Origin: Candidatus Anstonellaceae archaeon
GTDB lineage: Archaea > Micrarchaeota > Micrarchaeia > Anstonellales > Anstonellaceae
Length of the DNA stretch: 64,000 nucleotides
NCBI GenBank assembly: GCA_038891035.1
Contig: JAWAEW010000002.1
Coordinates: 22,476 to 86,475, forward strand
Reading direction: 5' to 3'
Of the stretch, positions 1-10,436 are shown piece after piece (position 1 is the first letter of the stretch; each line of letters opens with the position of its first letter). Both the position numbers and the translations under genes were made by a program. The notes under the pieces were generated by a model. That model had not been told where the DNA came from, did no database searches, and saw only the letters and a program-made list of their open reading frames with translations.

Positions 1-1173
1 TTCTATTATAATGTCCCTTGCTTCGTCATGAATTGAGTTCTTTTCAGCAGCCTTCAGCACAAAATCAACCAGTTTCTTGATTGTAGGCAAGTATTGTTCA
101 TTCCCTTTTTTATTGGCTAGCTTATCATGAAGCTTCTGAAGTTGCGGCAAGTAATGCCAAGAAACACTGTCGTCGTGTTCCAAAGTTTCCTTTACACCCG
201 CTAAAAGCCTTTTCATCTTAGCTTCCACGACTTTTTCCAGTCTTTTGTTAGTGGTTTCTATATAAAATTCCACGACTTCGAAGATAAGGAAAGGCTCGTT
301 AAGGTCAATATACTTCTTCAATGCCAGTTCCTTTAGCTTATCATCGCCTGTCATCAGAATTTTGAATACATTCAGACTTTCTCCTGAATCTGAACTCTTT
401 TTGAATAATGCAGCAATTGCATTTTCCAGCGTTTTTGGAGATATTTCCTTTGCAGTAACAATGAATTCTGCTGCTGCTTCGTAGTTATTGTCTACTTCGC
501 ATGAAAGTTCTATCGTCTCGGGCAGCTTTTCCAAAGCAGCTTTCTTAATAGATTGCTTCACCCAGTTAGCTTTTATAATATCACCAAGCAAGTTGTAATC
601 TCCGCTTCCAGCAAAAACATCCTCAAGCAAATAGTTATTTACTGCATCACTGAATTCTTTTGAGGGCTTTATTCCAATTTCTTTCATCATGCCAACTATT
701 TTCTCAAGTGTGTAGAAGTAAGCGTCGATTTCGCCTTTGTCGAACATCTCTTTTATCAGTGCTCCTTGTACAATAGCAGTCATAAGTGCCGCAATCTCTT
801 CTTTGTGTTTGAGCTGTTTTGTTTCATTTAGCAGAAAATCAATAGCCTTCTCCTCAGGCCAATGATGTCGAAGGACTTCCACCAGCTTATCGTAAGCTTT
901 CTGCTTGAGCAATTCTGGAAGCATCTTCTTTACCAATTTCTCCTGCCTGTTTCTATAAAGCTTTAACTTTTTGTATTCATAAAACCTGTCCAACGCATCC
1001 TCTTTTTCTTTGAATGCCCCTGCCATAAGCTCCAATTGCTCTAAAAGAGGCAATTTCTTAAACTCGCTGAAAGAAAGCCCGTCCAGTCTCCCGAGAATCC
1101 CTGCCCTTCGCATTTCTACGGGAACGGGCCTACCTACAGCTCTTTCATCTCTGTTTTTCCCGACAACTGCCAT
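1..1173 (-). CDS. hypothetical alpha-helical protein, 3' end beyond window edge
   Basis: Minus-strand frame opens at ATG 1173 (GGAGGA 6 nt upstream) and stays open to position 1. No track entry because it has no in-window stop. My own translation MAVVGKNRDERAVGRPVPVEM... shows no recognisable motifs. Confidence 0.45.
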   Translation of the reverse strand, partial: MAVVGKNRDERAVGRPVPVEMRRAGILGRLDGLSFSEFKKLPLLEQLELMAGAFKEKEDALDRFYEYKKLKLYRNRQEKLVKKMLPELLKQKAYDKLVEVLRHHWPEEKAIDFLLNETKQLKHKEEIAALMTAIVQGALIKEMFDKGEIDAYFYTLEKIVGMMKEIGIKPSKEFSDAVNNYLLEDVFAGSGDYNLLGDIIKANWVKQSIKKAALEKLPETIELSCEVDNNYEAAAEFIVTAKEISPKTLENAIAALFKKSSDSGESLNVFKILMTGDDKLKELALKKYIDLNEPFLIFEVVEFYIETTNKRLEKVVEAKMKRLLAGVKETLEHDDSVSWHYLPQLQKLHDKLANKKGNEQYLPTIKKLVDFVLKAAEKNSIHDEARDIIIE

Positions 1174-1371
1174 CAGATCCTCCTCCCAACTACTGGCTTA
1201 ATATTTAAATGTTATTTTTTATGTCAAATTATGTTATGTTGTAAAATTTTATAAAACGTATAGTTAAACCGTCGAGAAAGATTAATTTTATTGGAAGAAG
1301 CAAAGCTTCGGTGTTGCGACTGATTTAAAGCGAAACGGTGCTTCAAGCCGCAAGCCGCGAAAAAAATGAGC

Positions 1372-1474
1372 GCCGACGAGGAGATTTGAACTCCTAAGCC
1401 CAAAAGGGCACTAGATTCCTCGCAGAATCTGAAGATCTCGAGTCTAGCGCATTACCAGATTCTGCCACGTCGGC
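1372..1474 (-). tRNA. tRNA-Ser (anticodon CGA) with ~20-nt intron at canonical 37/38 position
   Basis: Hand-folded from reverse complement: acceptor GCCGACG/CGTCGGC, 3-bp D-stem with 11-nt D-loop, anticodon stem CTAGA/TCTAG, loop CTCGAG[intron]A, long variable arm GCCC-TTTT-GGGC, T-arm AGGAG-TTCAAAT-CTCCT. No encoded CCA. Confidence 0.7.
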
Positions 1475-1520
1475 ACAAAGATAGTTTTAGGGCAATTCTT
1501 TAATAATATTTAGAGCTGAA

Positions 1521-2201
1521 ATGAAGAAGGGAAAAGACATGAAACCTATCATTGCGTTGAACCTTAAAGCTTACAAAGAATCGGTTGGGATGGGGGCAGA
1601 AACATTCTGCCAGATAGCCGCAGAAGTATCTCTTTTGTATGACGTAAGGATAATAGTTGCGCCACAGCATGTCGATTTAAGGAGGGCAGCAGAGATACAT
1701 TCTGATATTTTTGCACAGCATATGGATCCAGTTTTGTCAGGGCCATTTACAGGCAAGATAAGCATAGAAGCTCTCAAAGATGCGAAAGTAAAGGGCTCTC
1801 TTTTGAATCATTCTGAGTACAGACTTTCAGAAGAAGCTATTGCCAAATCTGTAGAATTGCTCAAAAATGCGGGCTTGCAAAGCATTGTTTGTAGCAAAGA
1901 TGCAGCTGAATCAGCCAGTCTTGCAAAATATTTGCCAGACTATATTGCAGTAGAGCCCCCAGAGCTTATTGGAAGCGGAATATCTGTTTCTACCGCAAAG
2001 CCCGAAGTAATAACTCAGACGATTGATGCAGTTAAGGAAGTTGCAGATATACCTGTCTTGTGCGGGGCAGGAATAAGCAACGGCAGAGATGTGAAAAGAG
2101 CCATTGAGCTTGGAGCATCGGGTGTGCTTCTTGCATCTGCTTTTGTCAAAGCAGGCAATCCAAAAGAATTACTTATTGAGATGGTTGAAGCGCTAATGTA
2201 G
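1521..2201 (+). CDS. tpiA: triosephosphate isomerase (archaeal short form)
   Basis: 226 aa, the size of archaeal TIM. Motifs IIALNLKAY, AVEPPELIGSG and CGAGISNG match the TIM barrel signature. Alternative start ATG at 1539. Confidence 0.85.
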   Translation: MKKGKDMKPIIALNLKAYKESVGMGAETFCQIAAEVSLLYDVRIIVAPQHVDLRRAAEIHSDIFAQHMDPVLSGPFTGKISIEALKDAKVKGSLLNHSEYRLSEEAIAKSVELLKNAGLQSIVCSKDAAESASLAKYLPDYIAVEPPELIGSGISVSTAKPEVITQTIDAVKEVADIPVLCGAGISNGRDVKRAIELGASGVLLASAFVKAGNPKELLIEMVEALM

Positions 2202-2204
2202 CAA

Positions 2205-3548
2205 ATGAAACACAGGCCTTTTAAATTGGGCAAAAAGAAAGTGAAACGAAGAGGGATTTGGATGAGTGATGAAGCAGAAGGTGAAAAAATCGAGATTGAT
2301 AGCAAGCCCAACAAAAAGGTTGTTTTGGCATATTCTGGCGGATTGGATACTTCATGCATTTTGAAATGGCTTATCGATAAAGGGTATGAAGTAATCTGTT
2401 ATATGGCTGATATTGGGCAAAGAGAAGACTTTAAAGCGGCCAAGGAAAAGGCTATAAAGATCGGCGCTTCCAAGGTTATAATAAAGGATGTAAAAAAAGA
2501 ATTTGTTACAGACTTTATTTTTCCTGCAATAAGGGCAAACGCGATATATGAAGGCCGCTATCTTTTAGGAACTTCACTTGCGCGACCCTTGATTGCAAAA
2601 TACCAAATAGAGATTGCAAAGAAAGAGAAAGCAGCTTATGTGGCGCACGGTGCAACAGGAAAAGGAAATGACCAGGTTAGATTTGAGCTGAGCTATTATG
2701 CCTTGAAGCCAGACATAAAGATAATTGCACCATGGAAAATGCCTGAATTTCTCGAGCAATTCAGCGGTAGAGATGATTTGATAGCGTATGCAAAAAAGAA
2801 TGGTATCTCTGTAAGCGCAACCACCCAAAAGCCCTACTCAGAGGATGAAAATCTCATGCACATTTCTCACGAAGCAGGGATATTGGAGGACCCTGCTCAT
2901 ATACCAAGTGAGGAAGTCTATTCGCGCACGCGTTCACCCCAAAAAGCACCCGACAAAACAACAACCATAGAAGTGCACTTTAAGGACGGGACCCCTATAA
3001 AGATAGTGAACAGAGATGATGGGACAATAAAAACTGATCCGCTTGAGCTTTTTATGTATGCAAATGAGCTTGGAGCTGCAAATGGGATAGGAAGAGTAGA
3101 TATGGTTGAAAACCGTTTTGTAGGAATTAAATCTCGAGGTCTTTATGAGACGCCCGGGGGCACTATATTGATGGTTGCGCATCGCGATATAGAATCTATA
3201 GCAATGGATAGGGAAGTTATGCGTTTAAGGGACATGCTTTCGCCAATATATGCACAGCTTGTATATTATGGCTTCTGGTTTTCGCCAGAGATGGAATTTC
3301 TTACTGCTGCCATAAATAAGAGCCAAGAATATGTGGATGGGAAAGTAGTACTCAAACTATACAAAGGGAATGTGATGCCTGTAGCCCGATCTTCGCCTAC
3401 CTCGCTTTATGATGAAAATCTTGGTTCTATGCATAAAGCTGGCGGTTTTGACCAGAAAGACTCTGCAGGTTTCATAAAGATAAATGCGATTAGACTAATG
3501 GCGCATCGGACAATCTTGGAAAAGATAAAAAAAATGAAGAGGAACTAA
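2205..3548 (+). CDS. argG: argininosuccinate synthase
   Basis: PP-loop [12 protein letters not shown] and full-length ArgG-like body. The more likely start is ATG 2262, preceded by GAGGGA. Confidence 0.9.
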   Translation: MKHRPFKLGKKKVKRRGIWMSDEAEGEKIEIDSKPNKKVVLAYSGGLDTSCILKWLIDKGYEVICYMADIGQREDFKAAKEKAIKIGASKVIIKDVKKEFVTDFIFPAIRANAIYEGRYLLGTSLARPLIAKYQIEIAKKEKAAYVAHGATGKGNDQVRFELSYYALKPDIKIIAPWKMPEFLEQFSGRDDLIAYAKKNGISVSATTQKPYSEDENLMHISHEAGILEDPAHIPSEEVYSRTRSPQKAPDKTTTIEVHFKDGTPIKIVNRDDGTIKTDPLELFMYANELGAANGIGRVDMVENRFVGIKSRGLYETPGGTILMVAHRDIESIAMDREVMRLRDMLSPIYAQLVYYGFWFSPEMEFLTAAINKSQEYVDGKVVLKLYKGNVMPVARSSPTSLYDENLGSMHKAGGFDQKDSAGFIKINAIRLMAHRTILEKIKKMKRN

Positions 3549-4480
3549 GATTTTTTTCTGCCAAAAATGGCAACTGCACCATACAGCAGCAAAAGAAGTA
3601 TGGCGCAGCAAATTAGATAGAGCCAGACAGACATGGCAGTTTGGAAATCAAAAAAAAGCGAAGAGGACTGAAAAATACTTATTAGGCCCCAGCCCCAAAT
3701 ACTGTTTTGACCAAGCAGCTCGAAAAATCCAAATTTTACATCAAAAATATCGCACAGCAGCACCAGCAAAGTGAGAATAAAAATAGAGACAGAAAGAGAG
3801 AAGGCCAGAAAAGAAGGCGATAAGCTTGTGCGATCAATTGGCCAAAGCAAAGAAAAGAAAAATGAAATAAACGCAAGGGCAAGGAGTGAATACGAAAGCT
3901 TTTTGACTGATTCAAAATTAGAAGTTGATGACGGAAAAGCAAATCCAGAAATGACAAATCCTACTAAATAGATGATTGCAAAATAAGCAAACCCAAGTTC
4001 GCCTCCAAGCATTCTGAAGGAATAGGAAAGGGGAATTGATGGAAACAAAAGCCACAGCAGAAGTAAAGAAATGGACAATATTGCAGCAACGATGTAAATT
4101 CCAAAAAATCCAAAAGACCAAAATATGTTAATTGAAATGAGGCCCAATAAAGCAATTATTGTTACTTCATCTGGAAACACTAAAAAAAGCTTTACGCCAG
4201 CAAAGAAAATCCCAATCAATAAAAGATTGAGATATTTCTTTTCTGCAGTTACTAGGCGCCCATTGCTTTGTTTAAGTTTGTGAAGGTAAAGCCAAAGAGA
4301 AGCTCCGCTAGAAAATAAAAAGACCGGGAAGATTAAATCTCCTGGCTGAAATTTTTGAGGGATAAGATGGAAAAATAAAGAATAAGATGGGTCTGGGGTG
4401 CAGAGTGAATGCCATAGAGAAAAAATTATGGCCAAACAGATGAAGATGCCGCGGAGATGATCGATTGCTGAAATCCTCAT
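3545..4480 (-). CDS. multi-pass membrane protein, acyltransferase-3/DUF1624-like
   Basis: About 10 predicted TM helices. N-terminal [13 protein letters not shown] resembles the R-x-x-D-x-LRG motif of acyltransferase_3/DUF1624. Start placed at the internal M so that it abuts the thrS stop. Confidence 0.4.
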   Translation of the reverse strand: MRISAIDHLRGIFICLAIIFSLWHSLCTPDPSYSLFFHLIPQKFQPGDLIFPVFLFSSGASLWLYLHKLKQSNGRLVTAEKKYLNLLLIGIFFAGVKLFLVFPDEVTIIALLGLISINIFWSFGFFGIYIVAAILSISLLLLWLLFPSIPLSYSFRMLGGELGFAYFAIIYLVGFVISGFAFPSSTSNFESVKKLSYSLLALAFISFFFSLLWPIDRTSLSPSFLAFSLSVSIFILTLLVLLCDIFDVKFGFFELLGQNSIWGWGLISIFQSSSLFFDFQTAMSVWLYLICCAILLLLLYGAVAIFGRKKS

Positions 4481-4481
4481 T

Positions 4482-6380
4482 CTAAAGCCTTTGGATGATT
4501 TGGGTTTTGACACGATTGATGAAATCGTCAATTAAAACATCGTTTTCTATTTTGCCATCTCTGTGGCGTATTGCAAGCTTGCCTGAATCGAGCTCTTTTT
4601 GCCCTATTACAAGCATATATGGAATTTTTTCAAGCTGAGCCGCTCGGATTTTAGCACCTATAGTCTCTTGCTTGCAATTAGCCTCTGCCCTAATCCCTTG
4701 GGACTTCATTTTTTCTGCTAAAGTAAGTGCAAAATCATTGAATCTGTCTGAAACAGGCAAAAGAGCTACTTGGACTGGAGAAAGCCAAACTGGGAACTTG
4801 CCTGCATAGTGCTCAACCATCACACCTAGAAATCTTTCAATGCTGCCAAGTATTGCTCTGTGTAAAAGGACGCAAGTGTGCATTTTTCCATCTGGGCCTT
4901 CATATTCACACTTGAACCGCGCAGGCATTTGGAAGTCAACCTGAATAGTGGAAAGTTGCCAGCTTCTGCCTATTGCATCTTTGAAGCGAAAGTCTATCTT
5001 GGGTCCGTAAAATGCACCATCCCCAGGATTTATTTCGTATGGGATATTATTCTTTTTTAGGGCAGTTTCGAGGTGTCTCTCTGCTGCGTCCCATTGCTCA
5101 AGAGTTCCCATATATTTTTCTGGCCTGGTTGAAAGATAAGCTTTGTATTCGACTTTAAACGTGTCATTATAAACAAACTTGACGAAATCTAGCATTCCAT
5201 CTATTTCCTGGCCGATTTGTTCAGGTGTACAAAATATATGAGCATCGTCCATGCAAAGCTTTCGTACACGGGTCATCCCTCCTAAAGCCCCTCGCACCTC
5301 ATTTCTGTGAAGCATGCAAAAATCTGCAATTCTTAGGGGAAGGTCGCGGTAAGAATGTGCTTCCATGTTGTAAATTAAACAGTGCGAAGGGCAGTTCATT
5401 GGCTTGAGCGAGAATTCTTGGCCATCCACTTCAAGCAAGAACATATTCTCTTTATAGTAATCCCAATGACCAGATTTGATCCAAAGCTCCTTATTGAAAA
5501 GTTGAGGGGTTATAACCTCTTTGTATCCTCTTTTTATGTATTGTTCTCTCAAAAAGGCAAACAGTTCATTTGCAATAATTGTGCCTTTTGGCAGAAAAAA
5601 TGCGCTTCCAGGACTCCATTCATGAAAAGTGAATAGCTTAAGCTCTTGGCCAAGGCGCCGGTGGTCCCTTTTTTCTGCTTCCTCAAGCATTTTTAGATAC
5701 TCTTCCAATTGGCTCTTTTGAGGGAAGGAAATGCCGTATATTCTTTGAAGTGACTCGCGCGAAGCATCTCCCCTCCAGTATGACGATGAGACCTTTGTAA
5801 GCTTAAAAGCCTTAATTAAGCCTGTTGAAGGGAGATGTGGGCCTCGGCACAAATCATACCACTTGCCAGAGTAATACACACTATGCTGCCCATCCGGAAT
5901 CTCTTCGATAAGCTCTAACTTAAATTTGTTGTCTGCAAAGAGCCTTTTTGCCTCATCTTTTGAAAGCTCTCGGCGCACAAATTTTTGATTTTCATTAACA
6001 ATTCGTTCCATTTCCTTTTCTATCTTCGCCAAATCTTCAATACCAATTGGAGGCAAATCGGCAAAATCATAATAAAAGCCATCCTCTATAGGCGGACCTA
6101 TAGTTGGCTTTGCATTTGGATAAAGGCTAACGACTGCCTGCGCAAGGACGTGTGCTGATGAGTGCCAAAAAACTTCTTTTCCTTCTTTGGAGTCGAATGT
6201 GATTGCCTTAAAGGCGCATTCTTGTGGCAAAAGGGCAGAAAGGTCTACCAGCTTCCCATCAATTTGCGCTGCAACACTTGCCTTAAGCAAGCTCTTGCTT
6301 ATTTCAGCAATAGCATCTGCCGCCGTGGAACCTTCAGGCACTTCAATTGAAGAACCGTCTGGAAGGCGAAGTTTCGGCAT
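4482..6380 (-). CDS. thrS: threonyl-tRNA synthetase, bacterial-type architecture (TGS + SAD + class II core + anticodon-binding)
   Basis: 632 aa. N-terminal TGS-like MPKLRLPDGS, HSSAHVLAQA (the HxxxH of the second additional domain), RDHRRLGQELKLF, and class II motifs. Confidence 0.9.
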   Translation of the reverse strand: MPKLRLPDGSSIEVPEGSTAADAIAEISKSLLKASVAAQIDGKLVDLSALLPQECAFKAITFDSKEGKEVFWHSSAHVLAQAVVSLYPNAKPTIGPPIEDGFYYDFADLPPIGIEDLAKIEKEMERIVNENQKFVRRELSKDEAKRLFADNKFKLELIEEIPDGQHSVYYSGKWYDLCRGPHLPSTGLIKAFKLTKVSSSYWRGDASRESLQRIYGISFPQKSQLEEYLKMLEEAEKRDHRRLGQELKLFTFHEWSPGSAFFLPKGTIIANELFAFLREQYIKRGYKEVITPQLFNKELWIKSGHWDYYKENMFLLEVDGQEFSLKPMNCPSHCLIYNMEAHSYRDLPLRIADFCMLHRNEVRGALGGMTRVRKLCMDDAHIFCTPEQIGQEIDGMLDFVKFVYNDTFKVEYKAYLSTRPEKYMGTLEQWDAAERHLETALKKNNIPYEINPGDGAFYGPKIDFRFKDAIGRSWQLSTIQVDFQMPARFKCEYEGPDGKMHTCVLLHRAILGSIERFLGVMVEHYAGKFPVWLSPVQVALLPVSDRFNDFALTLAEKMKSQGIRAEANCKQETIGAKIRAAQLEKIPYMLVIGQKELDSGKLAIRHRDGKIENDVLIDDFINRVKTQIIQRL

Positions 6381-6447
6381 TCACATCACACTGGAATTTC
6401 ATTAATGAAAAGTTAAAAAACGCTATGTAAATAAAAAGCGTCAAAAT

Positions 6448-7485
6448 TTATGCAAGCGCCCCGACAAAACCACCTATAACTGTTTTACAGATATAGAAGA
6501 TGAAAAGAGCAGCAAGTGCAAGTGGTGGAAAATATTTTAGTCCAAAAAGTAATTTCCCCTCCGCAATTACTCCTACTAAAATAGAAGTCAATATTGCTGT
6601 TCCTACAATGATCACTATGGTAAGATCATCGATAAATTTGATGTCAAGCTTAACCTTTGGCGTGGAAAAGCCACCTATCATGCTTTGGCTGGCACCAGTG
6701 CCGATATTAGACTGTATTTTGGTGAAAACTGCAAGAAATTGAGAAGAAATTGCAAGAAGCAGTGGCAATCCAAAAACCAATATGAAAACTATAAAAATTG
6801 CATAAGTCTTGGTATTGACAATCATTTGCTTTCGCAGTTCTTCTGTTTCTCTAATTTCTTCTGCCGAAGTCTCAAGTAGATAGGCCAGCTTTCCACCTGA
6901 GCGCAAGCCGTTCTCAAAAAACAAAATTGTCCGCCGCAGGATTGAACTGTCGATTGTAGCTGTTAGTTGGCGCAATGCATCTGCAAATGATTCGCTTCCT
7001 AAAGATAAGGATGAAACATAAAGGATTTCTGACTGCAGGGGTCCAAATTCAGGCCTTGCCGCGGCTTGAAATGCAGCAAAAGGGGTCATGCCAGAGCGCA
7101 TGTTTGCTGCCACCATCAAAAGAAAATCCGGAAGGACGGCGTCCACTCTTTGAGTTCTTTCAGTTATAAGATAATAAAGGTGCATATAGATCAAGATTGC
7201 AGCAGCCAAAGCAAAGAGAATGCCCAGCCCAAAGCTTATGACAAGTTTCCCAGCCAAGGTCGGCGGATTAAGGATGGGGTATGCAGATAGGTCAAAAAAA
7301 CGGAAAATGCTGACTGGAAGAAGAGCACCAACAATTCCAAATAAGATAACTATAAGAAGACGGGAGCCAAGCCAAAGTTCTGGATTTGTTTCTATGCCAG
7401 CATAAGCAAGAAGCTGCGAGATTTTGTCTTTTGGGCGTGGCTTGAAAAATGTTGAAAATCGTTTTTCAACTAAATATTTTTTCAT
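6448..7485 (-). CDS. type II secretion/type IV pilus platform protein, TadC/FlaJ-like (T2SSF domain)
   Basis: 345 aa polytopic membrane protein with a cytoplasmic T2SSF-like segment (LPDFLLMVAANMRSGMTPFAAFQAA...). Confidence 0.6.
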   Translation of the reverse strand: MKKYLVEKRFSTFFKPRPKDKISQLLAYAGIETNPELWLGSRLLIVILFGIVGALLPVSIFRFFDLSAYPILNPPTLAGKLVISFGLGILFALAAAILIYMHLYYLITERTQRVDAVLPDFLLMVAANMRSGMTPFAAFQAAARPEFGPLQSEILYVSSLSLGSESFADALRQLTATIDSSILRRTILFFENGLRSGGKLAYLLETSAEEIRETEELRKQMIVNTKTYAIFIVFILVFGLPLLLAISSQFLAVFTKIQSNIGTGASQSMIGGFSTPKVKLDIKFIDDLTIVIIVGTAILTSILVGVIAEGKLLFGLKYFPPLALAALFIFYICKTVIGGFVGALA

Positions 7486-7492
7486 AGAACCA

Positions 7493-8407
7493 CTAATCGC
7501 TAAACAGGCTTGGTCTTTTCATTTTGACGTAAGCAATGATGGCCATCTGACCTAAAAATCCAATTCCAACAACAGCTGAAAGAACTTCTGGTGTAACACC
7601 AAGCATCCCAAATACTGAAAAAATTACGAGGACGGTTGTTCCTATAGTAGGGAGTACGGCTGCAACCATCAGATATATCAGAATTATGAAGTTGAGTTCT
7701 GCATTGAATGATTTGAAAAGCGAAAACTGGTAGTCTACCAGCAATTTGACTATGCTTCGAAGGGTAGAGGACAGATTAGCGCCTGCTCTAATTGCAGTAA
7801 CGAGTTGCCATGAGACCTTTTTGAGATAGACCGACTGAGTCTTAATGGCCATATTTTCCAGTTCTTCTAAAAGAGGACTTCCTCCCCTAACGTTATTTGC
7901 AACTTCTTTAAATGCCGGCCCTACGTACTTGTAGTTTGAGTTTCCGATGTTTTCTATCGCATTGAAAAGCGGTATTCCAGAATTCACCTGTATTAGCATA
8001 TCACGCATGACAAAAATAAGCTCATGGTCTATCTTTGCTGCAATGCTCCTTGCAATAAGGCGAGGGAAAGCCAAATGAAGCAGAAGGAAAAAAAGAAAAC
8101 TGATTGCAAAAGAAAGGAATATTATAAGACCTTTAACAGGTGAAGGAAGAGTAGGGCTCAGCGTTGCAATTACGCCCACGACAATAGATATAAGTGCGGA
8201 CCAAATTGCGGCTGAAACTGCCGCAACTCCACAATAATATTCTGCCGGAAATTCAAGACCTATAGATCTTAGGTCATATCTTATTGATGGGTAAAATGCA
8301 AGGACTTTTAAGCCGATACCTTTCAGTCGCGCTCCTAAAGTGGGGACTGATGAGATTGGTAAAAGCATGACCGGAATGCGAACCGGCTGAGTTGTCATAA
8401 GAATCAC
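7493..8407 (-). CDS. type IV pilus platform protein, TadB/FlaJ-like (T2SSF domain)
   Basis: 304 aa membrane protein with a T2SSF-like segment (IFVMRDMLIQVNSGIPLFNAIENIG...). Separate gene, 8 nt from the downstream paralog. Confidence 0.6.
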   Translation of the reverse strand: MILMTTQPVRIPVMLLPISSVPTLGARLKGIGLKVLAFYPSIRYDLRSIGLEFPAEYYCGVAAVSAAIWSALISIVVGVIATLSPTLPSPVKGLIIFLSFAISFLFFLLLHLAFPRLIARSIAAKIDHELIFVMRDMLIQVNSGIPLFNAIENIGNSNYKYVGPAFKEVANNVRGGSPLLEELENMAIKTQSVYLKKVSWQLVTAIRAGANLSSTLRSIVKLLVDYQFSLFKSFNAELNFIILIYLMVAAVLPTIGTTVLVIFSVFGMLGVTPEVLSAVVGIGFLGQMAIIAYVKMKRPSLFSD

Positions 8408-8409
8408 GG

Positions 8410-10140
8410 CTATTTTTTACTTCCAATAGCTCGCTTGGCTATTTCTAAGATTTCATTTGGCTTGCTGTAATAAAGAGACATTATTCGGCCTACTGACTCC
8501 ATATCAGAAAGCTTGTTCTCAATCATCCATCTTATAATAGTGGCCCTGTTCTTTATATCTTGGTATATTTCCTCTTTGGTCATGCCTGTATGAAGGTTAA
8601 TTTCCTTGAGGTATTTGTTTGGCTCGCCTACCATTTCAAATGTATCAGTGCGTGGGCGCCATCTGTAAATTACATTGGTTGTTATTTCCTCGTCTTTGGC
8701 ACCTGGAACTATTTCGCAAATTTCCAAGGTTCTCCTAACATTCTTCCTCCTATCACGATATTGGACTACAATAAGGTTGACTGCTTCGAGGTCAGATGGA
8801 GGAAGGCTGATTGGGGGGCTAGTAAGCCTTCTTATAGCCTGCATCCCCGTATCAGCGTGCAAAGTTGCTGCAACAGAGTGGCCTGTGTGCATAGCCTCGA
8901 ACAATACTTCAGCTTCTCTTTGCCTTCTCATTTCACCAAGCAAGATTCTATCTGGCCGCATACGAAGCGAGGTAACCATCAAATCAAGCATTGTAACTTC
9001 ACCTAAGCCTTCTGCATTTGGATTTCGAGTTAAAAGAGGTACCCAGTTCCACTGGTAATGTGGCAGCATAAGCTCTCTGGTATCCTCTATTGTGACAATA
9101 CGCTGATTTGGAGGAATAAATGATGCCAGTGCGTTCAAAGCTGTAGTTTTTCCGGATGCTGTGCCGCCTGCAACTAAGATGTTCATTTCATAATGTATTG
9201 CCTGCCACAGCATTCCTGCCATTTCCGGTGTCATGGAGTAGCCTGGTTCACCCACAAGATTTACAATTGTCCATGGATTTCTTGCAAAGCGCCTAATTGT
9301 AATTGTGTTCCCATGTGCAGAAATCGGTGCAAGAGTAGAGCAAACTCTATCTCCGGTTTCAAGCCTAGCATCCAGTATTGGTGTTAAGTTTGCAATTTGT
9401 CTCCCAACTCGGCGTGCAATTTGGGAAGAATAATTGAAGATAGATTCTTCGTCTGGCATGTAAATATTTGACTTAAGCCAGCCAAACTTGCGATGATATA
9501 CTCCAATTGGGGTTTTTGAATTGTTAATAATAATTTCCTCAAGCCAGTCATCGTGGTTGATAATCTCTATCTCTCCTAACCCAAACAACTTATGCAAAAG
9601 CATTCCAACCAGAACTTCATCAACCTCCTTTCCGAGGTGGAACTGCCGAATATAATTGGTTATCGTAAGCTTGAATTCCTCGCGTGCTTTGGCTGCTTTT
9701 TCAATATCTGAAACATCAGACTGTGCACCGGCAGGTATTGCCCGCAAAAGTTCGTCTTTTATGAGGTCCAGAAAAATCTTGGTTGCAGTACCAAACTCAA
9801 CTAAGGTCAGGATATAGTGCTTTTCTCTTTCAGTATCTAATATCATTACACTTGCTGGCACTCCATCTGCTGAAAACATATAGCTGGCCAACACCTTTCC
9901 CTTTGTTGCACCGACTTCGGGCTTTGGTGGCTCAGCCGGCAGGATCCTGAAAGATACTGTTGGCTTTTCAGTTATGCTTAATGGGTAATGCAAATCTAAG
10001 ACCCCGCCCTTTTCAAGCACTGCACAGATAAGCTCAACGGTTTCTACCGGCATGTGTAGATATTTTGAGAGAATTTCAACACTGATATTTTTTTTGCGCT
10101 GTGCAAGTGAAACAAGCTGGTCTATCTTTGTCTCAAACAT
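8410..10140 (-). CDS. type IV pilus/archaellum-family assembly ATPase (FlaI/TadA/VirB11 superfamily)
   Basis: Walker A VAGGTASGKTT, Asp box IVTIEDTRE, His box, and an N-terminal extension, as in archaeal FlaI-like ATPases. Confidence 0.85.
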   Translation of the reverse strand: MFETKIDQLVSLAQRKKNISVEILSKYLHMPVETVELICAVLEKGGVLDLHYPLSITEKPTVSFRILPAEPPKPEVGATKGKVLASYMFSADGVPASVMILDTEREKHYILTLVEFGTATKIFLDLIKDELLRAIPAGAQSDVSDIEKAAKAREEFKLTITNYIRQFHLGKEVDEVLVGMLLHKLFGLGEIEIINHDDWLEEIIINNSKTPIGVYHRKFGWLKSNIYMPDEESIFNYSSQIARRVGRQIANLTPILDARLETGDRVCSTLAPISAHGNTITIRRFARNPWTIVNLVGEPGYSMTPEMAGMLWQAIHYEMNILVAGGTASGKTTALNALASFIPPNQRIVTIEDTRELMLPHYQWNWVPLLTRNPNAEGLGEVTMLDLMVTSLRMRPDRILLGEMRRQREAEVLFEAMHTGHSVAATLHADTGMQAIRRLTSPPISLPPSDLEAVNLIVVQYRDRRKNVRRTLEICEIVPGAKDEEITTNVIYRWRPRTDTFEMVGEPNKYLKEINLHTGMTKEEIYQDIKNRATIIRWMIENKLSDMESVGRIMSLYYSKPNEILEIAKRAIGSKK

Positions 10141-10436
10141 GAAGCAAAATCGCTTTTGAATTTATTAAACTTTCTTTCCTAGCAAAAATGAGGATACTTG
10201 ATGTTGCAGTGTTCTACGGGTGAAGTCGATTTTTGCGCAAAAGCAAAAAGAGCAGTGGTTGATTGAAAACTAGGCGCCGAGCTCGTATTTGCGCTTGTAA
10301 AGCTTAGCTCGCCGATAGTTTATGATTTTCATAACAGGAAATTACCTTTGCTTCATTTCAGAGGCGATTTGCAGCATACACTCAAAAGGCTTGAAAGCGA
10401 TATAGATTTAAGATAATCGGTGCAGATATAAACATC

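Noticed and set aside
1010-1201. 63-aa plus-strand ORF
   Set aside because: It lies antisense to the 5' end of the partial minus-strand gene and to its GGAGGA ribosome-binding site.
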